A DNA stretch of 64,000 bases. It comes from Octopus bimaculoides. Taxonomy: Eukaryota. The position numbers and the translations under genes were made by a program. Shown piece after piece: positions 62,455 to 64,000 of the stretch. A model generated the notes under the pieces. It did not search any database and was not told the DNA's origin. It saw only the letters and a program-made list of their open reading frames with translations. How positions within the stretch are numbered: position 1 is the first letter of the stretch; each line of letters begins with the position of its first letter. The stretch is taken from positions 94,040,469 to 94,104,468 of the forward strand of contig NC_068981.1 of assembly GCF_001194135.2 (NCBI RefSeq), written 5' to 3'.

Positions 62455-62910
62455 AGAGTCTGTGTTCGATTTACTCGGCGTGGATAACCAGCTAAATCGA
62501 GAGCAACCTTGGTATTTAATATATGTAATAATACAGTTATAAATATACCAGGGTACCATAAACTTAGCAAGTGCAGAAATATATTATTGTACTCCGAAAT
62601 TATATAAAATAACACACAGCTATACTTCGTGTAAGTTTATGTTCGATATAACCGGCCTGGATAACCAGTCAAGTAGTGGGTCACTCTGGTAATTAATATG
62701 TATATAACAATACAATTATAGGCGGTTTTACGTTTGTCACAATAATATGTACCACCAGGGTGCCACCAAGCTTATTGAATGTAAGAAGGCTGTTTTTCCT
62801 GAGATGTATATTAAATAACACGCAGATGTCTGTAGTTCGTGTAAGTTTGTGCTCGATATAAACGGGTGTAGATAGCCAACCAAGTCAGGGGCCAACTTAG
62901 TATTTAAAAT
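62455..62910. repeat. Degenerate tandem repeat, ~2.3 units of ~180-210 bp
   Basis: Recurring gttcgat...ggataaccag...ggtatttaat...accagggt...aataacac.cag...ttcgtgtaagttt starting near 62461, 62640 and 62849. Confidence 0.7.
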
Positions 62911-62924
62911 ACTAACATATAGAA

Positions 62925-63035
62925 AAAGCACATAAAAATACTAATACACAGAAAGAAGCACAGAAAAATATGTAATATACTAATACACAGAAGTACAGAA
63001 AAATATGTAATATACTAGCATACAGAAAAATTAAA
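62925..63035. repeat. ~35-40-bp minisatellite
   Basis: Repeated atactaatacacagaa...acagaaaaatatgtaat units. Confidence 0.75.
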
Positions 63036-63101
63036 ACAAAACACGCGGGTGAAATAAACATAAACAGCGGCACAGACAACAGTGGACCACAACACTGAGC
63101 G

Positions 63102-63115
63102 GTTGTCATGGTAAC
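63102..63115. promoter_or_regulatory. RFX X-box motif
   Basis: GTTGTCATGGTAAC closely matches the palindromic X-box GTTRCCATGGYAAC (one mismatch). It lies in non-repetitive, CpG-retaining DNA. Confidence 0.6.
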
Positions 63116-63365
63116 AAGCTGCTAATGCTACGCTGTCTGTTGATTACCCATATTTCCTAACTTTAATGCCAAATAACATCAGATTCTTTGATTCACGAGA
63201 TAAATTGGTTGATCGTAATCAAAATTCAGAGTTGCATCGATGCACCAAAATTGAAAGCGATCTGAGCAAATTTAAGGGAGCTCATTTTGCGAATGAAAAA
63301 GACTAGATCCACACACACACACATGTATGTGTCTTAGTCGTCAGCTAATATTAATCCCCGGCAAA

Positions 63366-63763
63366 ATGAGCAAGAGAGACAACTCTGGATATTTTGAAGG
63401 TCTTACTAGTTATCAACGAGGTAACTCGTCAAATATCCCTTATCCGTTATTCATGGACTGAAAGTTTTGCAGATTTTGAAGTATTTTTATATTTGCATCC
63501 ATAAAATTGTACAGCTTGGGGATGGAATGCATATATAAACACAATACCTATTTATATTTCACAATATGGCTTATACATATACTCTGAATATAGTTTTATA
63601 TAATTTTTTTTCTTTTTTTACTTTTTACATTATACCATCAGAAAGGTAAGCTATCAGTCTCCATCTACAATGTCATGCTTTGATTAAAAAGTTACTGTAC
63701 ACGCATTTTAGTTTTTACTTTACAGGTTTTATGTTTGGTCAATATAAAGATCTTCACCCTTGA
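63366..63763 (+). CDS. Speculative two-exon 30-aa ORF (63366-63420 joined to 63726-63763): MSKRDNSGYFEGLTSYQRGFMFGQYKDLHP*
   Basis: caaaATG start, GAG|GTAACT donor, tttttactttacag| acceptor, phase-compatible join, AATAAA at 63784-63789, and an X-box 250 bp upstream. No homology recognised. Confidence 0.3.
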
Positions 63764-64000
63764 ACAAACAAAAAAAAATTAATAATAAACCAGTCTGCTG
63801 GGTGTTAACAAGAATGTAGAAAACGAATATGAACAAAGAAAAAAAAAAAAGATTGCACTAACGACCCGGGGGTTGGGGTAGACTTTCGGAAAATTCACAA
63901 GATCCAATATTTCCGTCATAACTTTGGGTAAAATGGATATATATTGATTGTTTTTTTTTACGGAATCCCACGTTTTTGGTTATGGAGGATCCGATTCTGA

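Noticed and set aside
1-64000. CRISPR arrays, operons, rRNA or other prokaryote-type systems
   Set aside because: The sequence is spliceosomal-intron-containing animal DNA. No regularly spaced repeat-spacer array or rRNA-like segment was seen.

Overview
AT-rich, repeat-dense eukaryotic scaffold with many N-gaps and (TA)n/(CA)n microsatellites. The SINE/RTE repeat complement resembles octopus (coleoid cephalopod) DNA; this is an inference from remembered repeat families, not a search. Protein-coding content: (1) a terminal coding exon of an unidentified + strand gene (216-420). (2) A complete six-coding-exon FBXW5 on the - strand (38570 to 19668). I reconstructed it by hand: all introns are GT-AG, phases are consistent, and the CDS is 2280 nt (759 aa), with a ~250-aa Cys/Ser/acidic insertion inside the WD40 region. 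(3) An intact, intronless OTUD6B (60877-61785, +). (4) A speculative two-exon 30-aa ORF just downstream of an RFX X-box near the right end. The rest is transposon debris: three Helitrons, Tc1/mariner elements (a DD37D/maT copy and DD34D mariners), hAT and TTAA (piggyBac-type) MITEs, fold-back MITEs, RTE, RTE-X, CR1-like, R4/Dong and CRE non-LTR fragments, and several tRNA-headed SINE families. The most unusual element is a tRNA-headed SINE whose 3' part contains a structurally coherent minimal type-I hammerhead ribozyme (51504-51549).
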